A DNA stretch of 62,472 bases, the filler included, from Choristocarpus tenellus KU-1152 (Eukaryota; Protista; Phaeophyceae), in the NCBI GenBank assembly GCA_964200185.2. It is 9 parts of 9 records of this genome, joined end to end, with 100 filler letters (N's around TTAATTAATTAA, not from the genome) between each part and the next. Parts side by side here need not be neighbours in the genome. Positions count along the whole stretch, not along the records: positions 10,485 to 18,006 come from CAXNAD020006026.1; positions 18,107 to 26,136 come from CAXNAD020005251.1; 7 more parts are not named here. The stretch is one strand, 5' to 3'. The position numbers were made by a program, and so were the translations under genes. Positions 11,436-24,952 of this stretch are shown in pieces (position 1 is the first letter of the stretch; every line of letters begins with the position of its first letter). The notes under the pieces were generated by a model. It was not told the origin of the DNA. It worked only from the letters and a program-made list of their open reading frames with translations, and did no database searches.

Positions 11436-14400
11436 ATGAAGCTCGCTGTCGTCCTCGCGTCGGGGGCAGTCCTAGCGACAACATGGTAAGCTACGTTTCC
11501 CATGCTTTTCTGTATGGCGCTGTGAGATTTCGTGTGTAACATGTGTTGATTGGTGTTGGGGGTGTCACTGACAAGGAAGGTTCGACCACGAACCTGCCAG
11601 ACTCTCTCCCCTCCTGCCTAAGATATCTTAGGGACCTTTGATTTAATGTAGAGAAAGGAATAAATCTCGCTAACTCATCGCATGTACTCGTTTGAGAGTC
11701 CCGATCGTCAGTAAAGTTTCATGTAGGAGGCTTCCTCATGTATGGTGCCAGTGTGCAACCTCAATCCACTCCTTACCACCCGTGCAATGCCCCTTTGCGT
11801 TAATCATACATAGTGATGCCTTCGTGGCATCACCTAAAGTGGGTGCTACGTGTTCCCGGGCACGACCGGCCCGCATGACGATGGTGGCCACCGCCGATGC
11901 TCCAACAAAGAAAAAAACCGTGCCTGGAGGTGTCATGACGCTCTCGAGGTACATGCTGGAGCAGGCCCGACAAAACATCGAATACCAGGTGTAGTACCTT
12001 TTAAAAACTTACGAAACCTCTCTGCCCAATCTGAGCTGCTCGGTTATGGTGACGAAGGCATGAATGCGTAGCGAGAGATTATCATCAGGAACTGATAGTT
12101 GTTCTGTACTCGTTGCTTATGTGTATCCATTCATTCCCCAGTCTGCGACGTAGTCAAAGCCAGTAGTAGAACCAGGGAGTAGAGTCGGGTGTGAAGGACT
12201 GGTGAGTGTCAGAATGCGGACTACTCAACTCGAACGTGTTTGATGTGCTTTTCTCGATCGACACAGGTCACACCCAGCACTTGAAAGCGTATCCCATGCC
12301 CCAAAAACACCCGTTCTTACCACAAGCTGAACACATCCTTCTTGTTCCCCGATCTTGGCTATGTTTTGCTCGTTTATGCTTGCCTTGTCTGCAGGAGTTG
12401 GAACAGCTCATGGGGTCAGTCCAGTATGCATGCAAGACTATCGCTAACCTGGTCAGCAGGGCAGGCATCTCGGACCTCACAGGACTCCAGGTACATAAGT
12501 GACCACAGCCCTGAAAAGGGCCGTGCAGGGTAGAAATTCATAATTCGCATGTAGGCTAGGCGAGGTCAGGATATTCACTGACGCCCAATTCGAGGTGAAT
12601 ATTGTGGTCTCTTCAAACCTTATCTTACCCTAGGTTGTTGGTTCTTGAAAATCGATTGATTGGAAGATTCATGACATTTTTTTTTGGTGTGCCCTGTTGC
12701 TTGCTCTTTGGTTGCAAGGGGGTTGAGAGTTTTTGCTCTGCCTACTGGACTGGTCTAAAACAGTTAAAGTTGATAGAATTAGTGCAGTGGTGGTACTTCC
12801 TGAATATGCTGTGTAAGGTACGTTTAGCTTGGTGTTGACTTATCTGAAGTTGGTAGTGAATGGATTTGTTGAGGTCGTACTCTTGATCTTTCTTCCCTGT
12901 CCTATAGGTGTAGTCCTGCAAAGGTGAGTGATGTGAGTTGGGAGTGGTTCTACTATGTAAACAATACTGAGAGTGAGGTAAGTTGGAAGATGTGCTTAAA
13001 ATTAGAATGAAATTGTTGCCAACAATTAAAAGGTGGTTGTGGAGTTTTGACTGTCAGAGAGATCGTTCATTTTGTCTGATTTGATACTAGTGTCAATTTG
13101 TAGCCTGCATTATTCAAATTATGGATTTGTTGAGGTCGTACTCTTGATCTTTCTTCCCTGTCCTATAGGTGTAGTCCCGCAAAGGTGAGTGATGTGAGTT
13201 GGGAGTGGTTCTACTATGTAAACAATACTGAGAGTGAGGTAAGTTGGAAGATGTGCTCAAAATTAGACTGAAATTGTTGCCAACAATTAAAAGGTGGTTG
13301 TGGAGTTTTGACTGTCAGAGAGATCGTTCATTTTGTCTGATTTGATACTAGTGTCAATTAGTAGCCTGCATTATTCAAATTATGGACTTGTTGGAAGGTG
13401 TACGCAGGAGATAATGGGGGGAGGGGGTAAATTTCTTGCAGTGTATGACAAACAAAAATGATCCCTCGCTGTGATAGGCTGCAGCTGTTGTCCTATCACC
13501 TATTTCTTGCTGTCATCGCCACAACCAGCTGTAGTTACTGCTTCGGATCTTTTGCTGAACCCTTTGTCCAACCTAAACTTATGGATCCTGCTCTTGGTCT
13601 ATGGTGTGTCTACAGGCGGGTGGTGGTTCAGTTAATGTCCAGGGGGAGGAGCAGAAGAAACTTGATGTCATCTCCAATGATGTGCTCAAGAACGCCCTTC
13701 GCTCCACTGGTGAGAGCTGTGAATGGAAGAGATAGAGAGGGGAAGGTTGCCTTGGCTGGGTGGGATTTGCTGTAGGAGTTGTTGGATTGGGACTGAGTGA
13801 AGTGTTGATGGGTTGGTTTTTTTCCGGATTGTCAGGGTTGAGATTAGTAAGTTGTATTTTGTGTATACTGTACAATTACGTGCTTGATCAGATGATACAT
13901 GTTACGTACAGTGTTTGAAAGTTGTGGACTGGGTTGGTTGGTAGGAGTGTATCCCATTGGAAGAAGATGTGAAGGAGGGTTATTACTGTCTTCTCACTAT
14001 ATAATACATTAATGGTTTCATTTTTTCTTCCCTGTAGTCATGCTGATGGCTAATTTTTTTGGTAATGCCAATATTGGTCAATGTCCAGTGGGCACCACCA
14101 AGTCATAATATGCACATACTCTAAATTACACACTGGTTTTCAACTTGAATGTATCATGTTTGTGTATTGCACATATCCTTACCTGCCACAAGCGAATACG
14201 GAGAGGATGGGGAGGAGTGTAAAATGTGTAAAATGCTTTTTGTTTCGAATGCAGTTGTGTTACAGTTTGATGATCTTGAGAGAGGGGTTGATTTTGGCCA
14301 TTTTGAGTTTAAATGTCTCTTTGAAACTTGTGCAACATACACCATGCTCATCCCTGATCAACAAACAGTAAAAAAAAACAGTAAAAGCAGTTACACCGCA

Positions 14401-17400
14401 CACAAGGGAAAAAAGTTATGCAAATTTTTGTAACAAAAATTTAATAATGATGAGAACATAAAAATGTAGATTGCCCCCTGATCAGGGCCTTGGTCTGCTG
14501 ATATATCCTGAGGGAATATTATTCCACCAAGCCTAACCCTAACCCTAACCCTACACATATTATAATATCACGCTGAAATGGTCTGTATTGTATCATATTT
14601 TAATCGAGGGGAAAGTTGTTTGTACTGATGTATTGATTTGATAAAACATACCAGGTAAGCTGGGCGTGATAGCGTCTGAGGAGGAAGACCACCCTGTCCT
14701 TGTGGAAGAGGCTTTCAACAGCAAGTACGTTGCTGTGTTTGACCCCCTGGATGGGTCCTCTAACATTGATGCTGCCATCAGCACCGGCACCATCTTCGGC
14801 ATCTTTGAGGAGAATGAGGTTAGTTGCATCAACATAATTCTTGGCAGCCAGTAGATCGGGAAGAATCTAGTGGGTATATAGTTTGGTACGGATTTTGGAG
14901 GGAAAAGATTTGAATAATGATGGAGACCAGACCCAATTTCTTCGTCTGGATAAGTTGTTTCTTACCTGGATTGGTTGAGATTGTTAAGTTTAGGGGAGAC
15001 TGGAAGGATGTAAGATATGTGAGCGTTCCTCAACACCCACAATCTACTGTCTTATCTGTTAAGTATTTCCCATGGACACATCTTGATTTGAAGCATTGTA
15101 CTGCTGACTTGATTTTATTTGCTGTCGTGTAATTGAAATGTTCTTAGTGTCTGAGTCTGACCTGTCCTTGTCCCCCCTGCCCATCCCGAACTTTTTCTTC
15201 AGGAGTGTATTGTGGATGATGATATGGACATGGATGAGGCAGCCCAGATGTGTCTTCTTAACACCCTTCAGCCCGGAGGAAGCCTTGTCGCTGCAGGTAA
15301 GAGCGGAAGGGTTTGCCTTTGTGTTGCGATGAGGCTAACTGTTGGCTGTTGACTACAGTGTGTATACCTTTCTACATTTCCAACATTCTATGCTGGGCCA
15401 TGCGGTGGTCTGACTATGAAATAGATTGGTTTTGACGTTTTGATATCGGCGATTGTATCATGGCTTTGATGGAGGATACTACCTACGAAAATATTGTTGG
15501 TTATGTACTTTGCTGTGTCATCACTCCCTCTAATGGGCCACAAGGCAGGTTATACAGGTATAAGGCTGAAACAGTTTTGAGGGATCAGAAAAGAATTTGG
15601 GGGTGCAGCACTCTGTTCGTTGTGGTTGCTGCAATATCCTGGTTTGATTGTTGATTGTTTAACCTTCATGTAGGTGATCGTCCACGTCAGCAAACTCAAC
15701 CCCTTGCATGATTGCTTTGATTGCCCCCCTATGAATGTCCCATCTCACGCCTGGAAGTCTCCTCCCCTTGCTTTTTGTCTGCAATGATTGTGTTGTCTCT
15801 GTGCATGTGTTGTCTTTTTTTTTTTTGCTCGTGAATGGTGGGTCTGAGAAGGGTATTGCATGTACTCATCCTCCACCATCCTTGTTTTCACCATGGGTAA
15901 TGGGGTCAATGGCTTCACCCTTGACCCTACCATTGGAGAGTTTGTGTTGACCCACCCCGACATCCAGGTCCCCAAGCGTGGCAAGGTATGTACAATATTG
16001 TATGTACTGTGGTACTGTGGCAATTGAGATTGTACTGTGGGATATGGATAGAGAAATTATAGAGTAAGCAATTGTACAGTGGTGTATGACTCGAATCATG
16101 AGGATGCTTACAGTGGTTAGTGTTGCAAGAGAAATGTGAACCCCCTCTTGATTGCCAGTCTAACTGCCCCCCCACACACTCCTCTTCTGCACTGTGGCTA
16201 TGTTTGTTGGTAATTCTGTCCATTCCTCTCTTGCTGTTCCTTTTGGTTCCCAGATCTACTCCTTCAATGAGGCCAATGCCCCCGACTGGAGCCCACCTCT
16301 CCAGAAATACGTAACCTCCCTGAAGGAGGTGATAATTTTATATCGCATGCATTAGTGTGCGCAATGGGAACTGTTGATGCCTCTCTCTCTCTCTCGCTAG
16401 AGACAACAGGCAGTAAGGAAGGTAGTGTAATGCTTTTCTATGCAGTTCAAGGAACCAATTTATGAATTGTTGTCCTTTTTTGGTTTGTTCAGTGTTTTTC
16501 ATGTCAGAAGATTGATGGCATCAAGGTTGTAGATGATGTTGATATTGATATTGATGCTTACCTTCTCCTCGCATCGTTGCTGTGTTTTGATTGGACAAGG
16601 GAACTGGAGAGAGTGGCAACAAGTACAGCTCCCGTTACATTGGGTCCATGGTGGGTGATGTACACAGGACTCTTCTCTACGGTGGCATCTTTGGTTACCC
16701 AGGGGATGCCAAGAACCCTACCGGTAATAGGAATAGAATAGGAACAGGGTGTATCACCTTTGTCTGCCTTCCCTCTTCTCTTGGTTGTATTGAGTGTTGT
16801 GGAAATATAGCGGGTAGTGTGAGCTGAGAGGATGTTTCTGATTTGATGATTTGTTTAGTGGAGCTGGTTGTGCTCTTTATTTTTCTTTCCCTTGAGATCT
16901 ATCACTCCCCACTGTGTACACATCAATGCACTTAAAGAAATGGGTTTTATCCACAGAGCTCAGGTTCGCCAATACGTTGCTCTTCATGCTTATAAGTTTA
17001 TTATGTTATTAGTTCATTGTCACCCGCTATTCTCTCCTGTCACAGGCAAGCTCCGTCTGCTGTATGAGGCTGCACCCATGGCTTTCATCGTTGAGCAGGT
17101 CTGTGTCAATGAAAAAAGAACGCCTTGGAAGGTTGTGGCATGAGAGTTAGCAGTCGCACTTGTTACCAATTGTTCCTTACCTCACCTCACCTTGTATGAC
17201 CCTTACATACTTGAAGCTTTAGAGTCAAATTTGGGACTGTGATTTGGTGAGGTTGCCTAGGCATCAAAACTCCCTTCAGAAGTACAATTATTTTTTTCTT
17301 TTTGCATCCCATTGATTTGGACTTGTTCCATGTTGAAGATTTTCTTGTACATAGACTGTGATTTAACTTTATGCACCCATCCGATTCCGATTTAGTGGTT

Positions 17401-17860
17401 GATTGGGCTATAGGTACCATATGTTGATGGTATCTGATCTGTTGCTTGTGCCACCAAAGTTGACTCTTACTGCTTGATGGAAAGGCAGGGGTGATGTTGT
17501 TTTATGTGCAGATTACATATTGAAGTATTTGTGTGAATGAAACCCCTCTCATGAAGGCTAATTCCAGTCTAACCTCAAGTCACAGGTAAAGTGGGAGGAA
17601 TTTTTCTCTCCTGCACTAACTATCAGGCATCTGTCTATCCACAGGAGGTCCCCATCCTCTACTCTTATCTGATTCCCTGTCACTGACTGTACTTCTATAT
17701 TGTCCTTGGTTTGCTCATATATGAACAGGCTGGTGGGAAGTGCTCGACTGGGGTAGATCGTGTGATGGACTTGAAGCCTGAGAAGGTGCACCAGCGAGTG
17801 CCCACATTCCTTGGCTCTGCAGATGATGTCGATGAGCTGTGTAAGGCATTTGAGTCATAA
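11436..17860 (+). CDS. FBP: Plastid-targeted class I fructose-1,6-bisphosphatase, complete, 11 exons, 396 aa
   Basis: Exons 11436-11485, 11814-11988, 12395-12490, 13616-13709, 14655-14818, 15203-15296, 15852-15985, 16254-16328, 16600-16723, 17046-17098, 17729-17860 (sum 1191 nt, all GT-AG). Motifs [71 protein letters not shown]. Presequence [22 protein letters not shown]. Confidence 0.97.
12860..13386. repeat. 261-bp tandem duplication in FBPase intron 3
   Basis: ATGGATTTGTTGAGGTCGTACTCTTGATC... starts at 12860 and 13121; near-identical copies. Confidence 0.92.
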
Positions 17861-17907
17861 GAAAGATGTGCGATTCATATTGGAATGGGGTAAAGCGATT
17901 GGTTGAG

Positions 17908-17942
<35 letters not shown>

Positions 17943-18106
17943 GAGGAAGTGGGGGGCCGCGGTCGGGGCCCCCCCCCCCTGGTCGTCGCCCCCCCTCTCC
18001 CCCTTTNNNNNNNNNNNNNNNNNNNNNNNNNNNNNNNNNNNNNNNNNNNNTTAATTAATTAANNNNNNNNNNNNNNNNNNNNNNNNNNNNNNNNNNNNNN
18101 NNNNNN

Positions 18107-18171
18107 ATGGGAAGTCAAGCCCCAAATGGACAAACAGGGCAAAACTCGTACCCTCTAAGATACTTTCACTC
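18107..18171 (+). mobile_element. MITE family A, 3' end at contig start
   Basis: CCCCAAATGGACAAACAGGGCAAAACTCGTACCCTCTAAGATACTTTCACTC. Confidence 0.85.
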
Positions 18172-18789
18172 ATATGTGAATGTAGAATAGAGCCAGCTGC
18201 CAAAACATTTTGCTGTTCTCTGCATCAAGTTTGTGACTTCAAAACCCTTCAATGCCACACATTTTATGAATGAGTTTTAAGCATACATATATATATATAT
18301 ATGTGTAGTTCACTATGCCACTATGCGTAACTTTGACCTTGAAAGGGAATAGCATCTGAACTATAATATAATGTAGGTATCACAGACCAGGGTCCTACCC
18401 ATAAATCATAAAAACAAGTGACATTTTGGGGCAGGCATTGACTTAAGAACATTTAACAATAATTTGTTGGACTATAAGTAGAAGGGAAAGGGGGCATCTG
18501 ATGATCGTTGCTATATTATTTATTCCCCTCCTCCGAAACATCTGTAAAACACCAGTGGGCATAAAAAAAAAAGGGTGAAATATAAGGCAGGGAATGCTAT
18601 ACTGGTACCAATAACTTCGTCTGGGGTTGTCCTGTCATAACTTTCGATGTAGACATCGGATTAAAAAAATAAAAGCATCTTCGTGATGCCCGTCACAATG
18701 CCCTCCAAAGTTCGGGCTTCGGTTTTCTATTTTCGCCATTTTTTTTTCTATTTTTTAAGAAAGATCGGTCATATTGGGATTTGAACCCT

Positions 18790-19338
18790 CTAATCTAGGT
18801 CACCCAGAGTGGAAACAGATACATTACTACTTGATTTAAGTATAGGGTCTAGGTGGAAAAAAACCTCCCCACTCTTTCTTCCTGTGTGTTTGCGTACCCA
18901 CTCTTTGACCTCGGCATGGATGTCCTCGTCGAGGCCCAGAACAAAACGCCTCTTGTCGCGCCCTTGCTCCGACACCTTGCTTTCCTGAGGCGGCAGAGAC
19001 TGCACAGCAGTGCTTCGACATTGTTGAAGATCCAACCATATTTGTGTGGTAATCTTTTCCATGCATCTTCTCTCAGCATCAGTGCCGCGGCCGCCGCGTG
19101 GTCCATTGCGCAATTTGATCATGCTGCTGTGCCACAGTACTCGTACTTTCTCGTCACCTAACATCGCACTGAATGTCACACGGGACTTGCTTTTCCGTCG
19201 CCTCTCGACAGAGAAGGTGCTGAGGGTAGACCCAGGGGGAAGAGTGGTCTCGGCAGCTCTCCTTGCCTTACTGTCATGGTTCTTGTTGCTGTGTGGGTCA
19301 CGTGTGTGTGTGCTCTCAAAAAGTCTGCAAAATCGCAC
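18790..19338 (-). mobile_element. Possible N-terminal fragment of an IS630/Tc1-like DNA transposase
   Basis: CpG-rich 182-aa ORF. SEQGRDKRRFVLGLDEDIHAEVKEWVRKHTGRKSG resembles the S-x-QGR...DED...WVR...KG N-terminal region recalled from such transposases. No DDE domain seen. Confidence 0.35.
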
Positions 19339-21768
19339 TAAAAAGATGTCCGCAAATCTTGCTTTTTTTAAAATATTGCCACAAGCACGGTAAACGAGCA
19401 GCGACTACCCCGCATCGAGTTTTTGCGGGAAGTTCAGCCAACCACTTCATTTTTGTACCTTTTGAGGTTGTTACCATCAAAATTGCGCCGGAGATGTTCC
19501 TGCGTGTTTTTGTCACTATTTCGTCGGGGCATAGTTCCCGTTTACGTAGTTAGTACATTCCTATACAAACCTTCAACTCCTCTTCACATAATAAGCTTTC
19601 ATTTGATATGTATTTTGTTGTAAACTTCTTGTGGAAAGACAGTGAAAAAAAGCAAGATTGCTCCAGGACACTAAGGTATTGGTACTACTTTACCAACACA
19701 ACATCATATAGATTCTGTATTGCTTACAATGAGTCAATCAATTGAGAGGTAGGTAGGTTTGGACCATTTGCATTCTAAACCATCTAAGTTATCCCATGCA
19801 AAACAATATTTTTCATACTTTATGTGCATAATAACAGTGTACGTAAAATGGACATTCCCCTTTCCGCAGACAAAACGCAAATGTTCTTTCAGCAATTGTA
19901 TAAAACGGCGTTTTTTACGTTTTCTCAGGATCTTTAAAGTGCAACCCTGGTTACCTCTCAATTAGTCTGGGTCAATGATAATAAAAAAATGTAGTAATAA
20001 AGATAATATTACGTTGTATAATACTAATGAGAATAATACAACATATCAAAAATAAATATATTTAACAGATAAATGATAATATAATAATAAAGAATATTCC
20101 TTTCTTGTTGCTACCACTACTACTACAAATAGTATTTTATCATACACTATTTTGCCCTCCAACGTTTCACAGAAGTTATATATGAAAAAGGGGAAACATA
20201 AGGAAATAATATACACAGCACGGATACACTCTTCAAGACAATAAACACCAGGTAAATAGTACAATACAAGACTAAAGGTCCCTCCAATATACCAACAAGA
20301 GTTGTAGTGAGTTTGAAAATAAGAGAACAAGAAAACTACTAAAACTGCAATAATAGTTGAATAACTGCTCCTAGACTGACAATAAGAAGGCAATCAAGAA
20401 GCAAGAGCAGAATCCGACAAATCAGTCAAGCCTCTCCTAGCCCATCAATCTGGTGACTCAAGTTTAACATGCATGACAAGTTTGGAGATTGCCACTCAAG
20501 AAGTTATTTCTTTTACCCAAGGACATTTTGAAGAGGTCATCCAGAAAAAAAGAAAATTGTAAAGTAAAAAACCCCAACACTATGACTATAGAGTCAGTAA
20601 AAGAAGAAATACCACGAGAAGAGTTCTATAAAGACAACAAAACAATTGTAGAGGTCCGAGATCAGATACACCACCAACAAGAGTTGCAGTGTAGTTTAAA
20701 ACAGGAAAACATACACATTTTTTTTTTCAAAATTTTGATTGTAGTGTAGTATTACGAAAGTATTATTTTATTGTTTTCTGAGGCTGTGTGAATGTTCGTT
20801 GGTAGAACCGCTTGGTCTTAGACCCCCAGCGTCAGATTTCTATCCCTGTGAAGCATTTGATTGGTAGAGGTATATAATCAACGCTGCTCTGAATGGTGAA
20901 TAATGAGGGCACTGCCAACCACGTTATTCACAGACAGGGTGAAATTTTATCTATTTTCTTGCTTTCTCATACAGTGAAAATGTCTACTTTGTCACAGCAT
21001 ATTTTCAGAGAGGGAAATGTGGGGTGGGATAGCCATCACCCTCTTTGATCCTCTGAGCTACATGTGCTGCATGATAATCTAGCAAAGCTCTACTAATAAT
21101 CGCAGTGTATATACAACTACAGTGCTAGACAAGGAGCTAATAGGTAGGTATCAAAACTCGGTTTTCAGGACGATTTTTTTTTTTTTCACTTTTTTGAGAT
21201 GCTAATTTACGGTTATATGTCACTCTTCGCTGCATCACCAGAGAAGCCCTCACAATCTACTGACACCATCTACATTTCGTCTGCAGGAGAGTCCTAGCTG
21301 TTGCACAGTGCTGCCTAGAAGTTGAGATATAGGTTTGGGGATTGTCTGATCGGGTTAGGAAGAACCTTGTACCTCAACCTGATGACGCCCAACAAAGCTA
21401 CGTTTTGCTCTATGTAGTAGTTGGGAGCTGTGGGGGGCGCCCCATGGTTTCAGATTTCAACAGTTCATAATCATTTATGAGATACAAGTGATCCCGCACA
21501 GTGGTATGACAGTTGCGCTTCTGAGGACTATGTAACTGTTGGATCACGGAGAAGCATAACCTCGAGAAGATTGTGGACAAGGGGCCGAATGTGCTAAAGG
21601 AAGAGTAGACAAAGCCCGAGTTGATACCATTGAGTAAGTTGCCAAATGTGTCCAGATGAGGGAGTCAAAGCTGAAGATGGTTGATGAGGATGAAGAGAGC
21701 GAGTTGAGGGGGAAGAACCTCATTCCTCCCGCTGGGACTGAGGATGACATCCCCTGAGTGTTTGAGAT

Positions 21769-21948
21769 GGCTAAAGTATCTGGGGGGGGGGTGGCGGCTG
21801 TCCATTTGGGGTCCATTTTTCATGTCGCGATTTTTGGGTAATTTGGTTGCATGAATCGAATGAAAAATATAAGTCCACTTTTCCTGGCCAGGGCCCGAAT
21901 GGACACCTTGGTGTAGACCCTCCCCCAGCCCCCCAGATACTTTGAGTC
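21769..21948 (+). mobile_element. MITE family B, full length
   Basis: GGCTAAAGTATCT-polyG ... CCCCAGATACTTTGAGTC; TSD AGAT (21765-21768 / 21949-21952). Confidence 0.92.
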
Positions 21949-24912
21949 AGATTGAGGGGAATGTTGAAAGGAATGAAGAGAAGGACGAGTGTGTGGACGG
22001 AGGGGTGGATGGAGACATAACAGCTAGCTTAGATATGAATGGAAATTAATGAGCCTGTGTGAACTCAAAACATTTCAATATTTACACTTCTTCAGAATGA
22101 CTCAAACATCAATGAATAGCAAGGCCTGGGAGGCCTGTCCCCCACAGTTACATGCAGGAATACATATTATTTTGTGTCTGCCACGAGCAGAATGCACCAA
22201 ACATTTGTGGTCTCTTTCGTTTTTCATGCTTGTACGGTGAATAGTTAGTTCAAAATGCTTAATTTTTACACCAACAGTAAATATTACTTTTCTCGAGTCT
22301 TGTATCGATACAAGCGTCTTAACATGCACTCTCTGCCAGTATATGTGCTTGCTCATGTAAAGTCGTGAAAATATGTGCTTTTTCCAACCAACACGTACTT
22401 CCCACCTCATTCCAACAATCTCAAAACACCAATATTACCTCCATACATACCATGTGCTACCTATCGAAATCCAATTTTCTGCTCATACCGCCTCACCTCA
22501 TACATAACTTATTCCGATTTGAGCAAGAATTCCAAAAAGGGTACGGCATACGCCAAGTACTTACTAGAGTTCCTATAAAAAACACAAACTTCATACCCCA
22601 CTCCAGATATGAAAGCCTCAAACTCACCGGGCAATAGGTATAATGAAAGCCAACCCAAAGATCATCAATAGCATCACATGCACCACGCCTAGCGCCATCA
22701 GCGCACCAGTTGAATCACGACGCGTCGAAGGAGAGTGGTTTCGTTTAAGGTGGGTGTGATAACATTTTTTCTTACTCTTCATGAGGCTGGTTTCGTCGTT
22801 TCATATCGTGCCTTCAGCGCGCAGCGCGCTTTAGTTTTGTAAGGTATGAGAGGCAAACACCCATTATCCAAGTTTCAACACATCGTACGATCCAGAGTCC
22901 TTGACAGCATGAATCCTGGGGAGGGAGGGAGCGGAGAGAAAGGGAGGTAAGAAGAAATAGGAATGTCATATACGTCGTATTTCACACTCTGCTGCCCTGG
23001 TGGCTACAGGAGGGGAGTGTTTCTGCCTGACACCTATACCCTCTCTAGTAACTCGGGTAATCCCCTGCCTTCTCGAGCCAGTTCCCCACCCCTCATTCGA
23101 AAAAATGCGGCCCTCCACCTATCTATCAAAATTTAATTTGTTTTGATACTCTAATAATGTAGCCAGGGTATCCATAACCGCCGGTCTTCCTATGGAATTT
23201 GCAACTATTGGACTATGCGAAGATGCTCTTTGTATGTTCTTGTTTAGTCTTCCTTGACTTCATTGGAGGAAGAAATTGGTGCTTATTGAGGATATCGCGT
23301 TCGTTTCCACGCTCCTATATCTCATTATAGAATCTCCCTCCGGATAGAGGATATGTGACACACCATTTTTGGAGCAAATGGCCCTCTCTTCTGGTGTGAC
23401 TCGATCTTCTTGCAGTGATGATGCATTTCCCACATCAAGTTTGTCGTTTGATCAGATAGTTGAGGGAAATCTCACACGTAAGTGTCTCACAACCATAGTT
23501 TGGTGTACCGTTTTAACATGAGGAATGCAACCTCACCCTACCCTCATGTCTGTGGGTTTCAATACACACTGGTTCATGCCCTTTTATGTACAACGTATGG
23601 TACCCCAGTTGCCCTCCGCTACTAGTATCTATGCATCTTGAAGCCAGAGTCCAGTATGGAATCTGTTGGGCAACTGGTCTATGAGACCACCACAAAATGC
23701 GCTTATCTTGTCAGCATTGCCTTCTCCGTCGCAGAACCCCTGCCGAAGGTTGTGTGCTTCTGTGATCATGTGAGCGTGTCTGTAAGTGTGTTCGCCCAAT
23801 GTAAGCATATGCATGCACTTATTGCAAACATTATTTCGTGGACGGATTTGCCATTGCTTTCCCTCTTCAGTCTTCCTGCTACACTCTCTTTCACAACCCC
23901 TAAAGTTGGTAGTGGATTGAATACCCCCTGACGTGAAGTTGAATAGTTACCTGTGGCTTTTATCTACCATCGGTGAGCTCGCACGCTCAATAACAAATAT
24001 CAGACTGGGAGATCTAGTGTGTGCAACTGAACAGAGTATTTCAACATGTACCACTCATTATCATTAGTGCCTGAGTTCAGGAACTCCCTGAGATCGTTGG
24101 CACTTGATTCCTCTGTGTGACACCACAGAGAGGACTTTTTTTTTACACATCCTGTTTGTTTGTAGCGATGAAAACTCTGTCCATTTCAATCACCAGCTGC
24201 ACACATAGACTGGTGACTAAGTGGGTCCGATTGTTCCTCCTGTGATGCCTGCTAGTCGCTTTTGGTAGGGGCTTACGAAACAGTTCAGGTCTTTATGTAG
24301 AGGTTTCAGATTTGTGTCAACTACTCTCAAGACAGACTGGTTCACCGCTTTTGCTGCCTTGTAACACCATCAAGAGGTTTGAATTGTTCTGCACGACAAC
24401 CTGGCGTTTTCAGTTGCGACAGGGTCTTTCTGGGTCACTGATCTCTTGAACTGCTCTCTCAAATCTGCATTGCAGGTTGGGGCACAAAAGAGATCCTGCA
24501 TTCCTCTCTCTACTATCATAGCATCCTAAAAATGATATATGTCAACTACCTTGATCTGTGCACCAAACTAACTGTGATACTAAAAAACTGTATCTATTAT
24601 AGTTGACTATAATTCAGGGATCGGTTTGAATTGTGGGCATCACGACTGAGGTACCCTAACCCTTCTTCTGCAACAATAATCGCCTGAGCTGTTTGATCAT
24701 TTGCAGGCACACACACACATGGATCCCAAACCTCTCACACACCTCCCCCTACCCCCCACAGCATATCTTTGAAGAGCCGCCGTGACCTATATCCCTCCTA
24801 GTATCTGATCATGCTGTACTATGCCGTGTACATATATGATTCCCGGCCAGCTCTCAACCTGCATATGTTTTTGTGCTCCTTGTACCCCTACCCCCTTCCC
24901 TGCTTGGCCTCC

Positions 24913-24952
<40 letters not shown>

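Noticed and set aside
21544-21757. Coding-like purine-rich segment (ITEKHNLEKIVDKG...EDDIP*)
   Set aside because: Internal stops and no recognisable family.
23346-23790. Two possible exons ending in GTAAGT
   Set aside because: Phases do not join into an open frame; no homology recognised.
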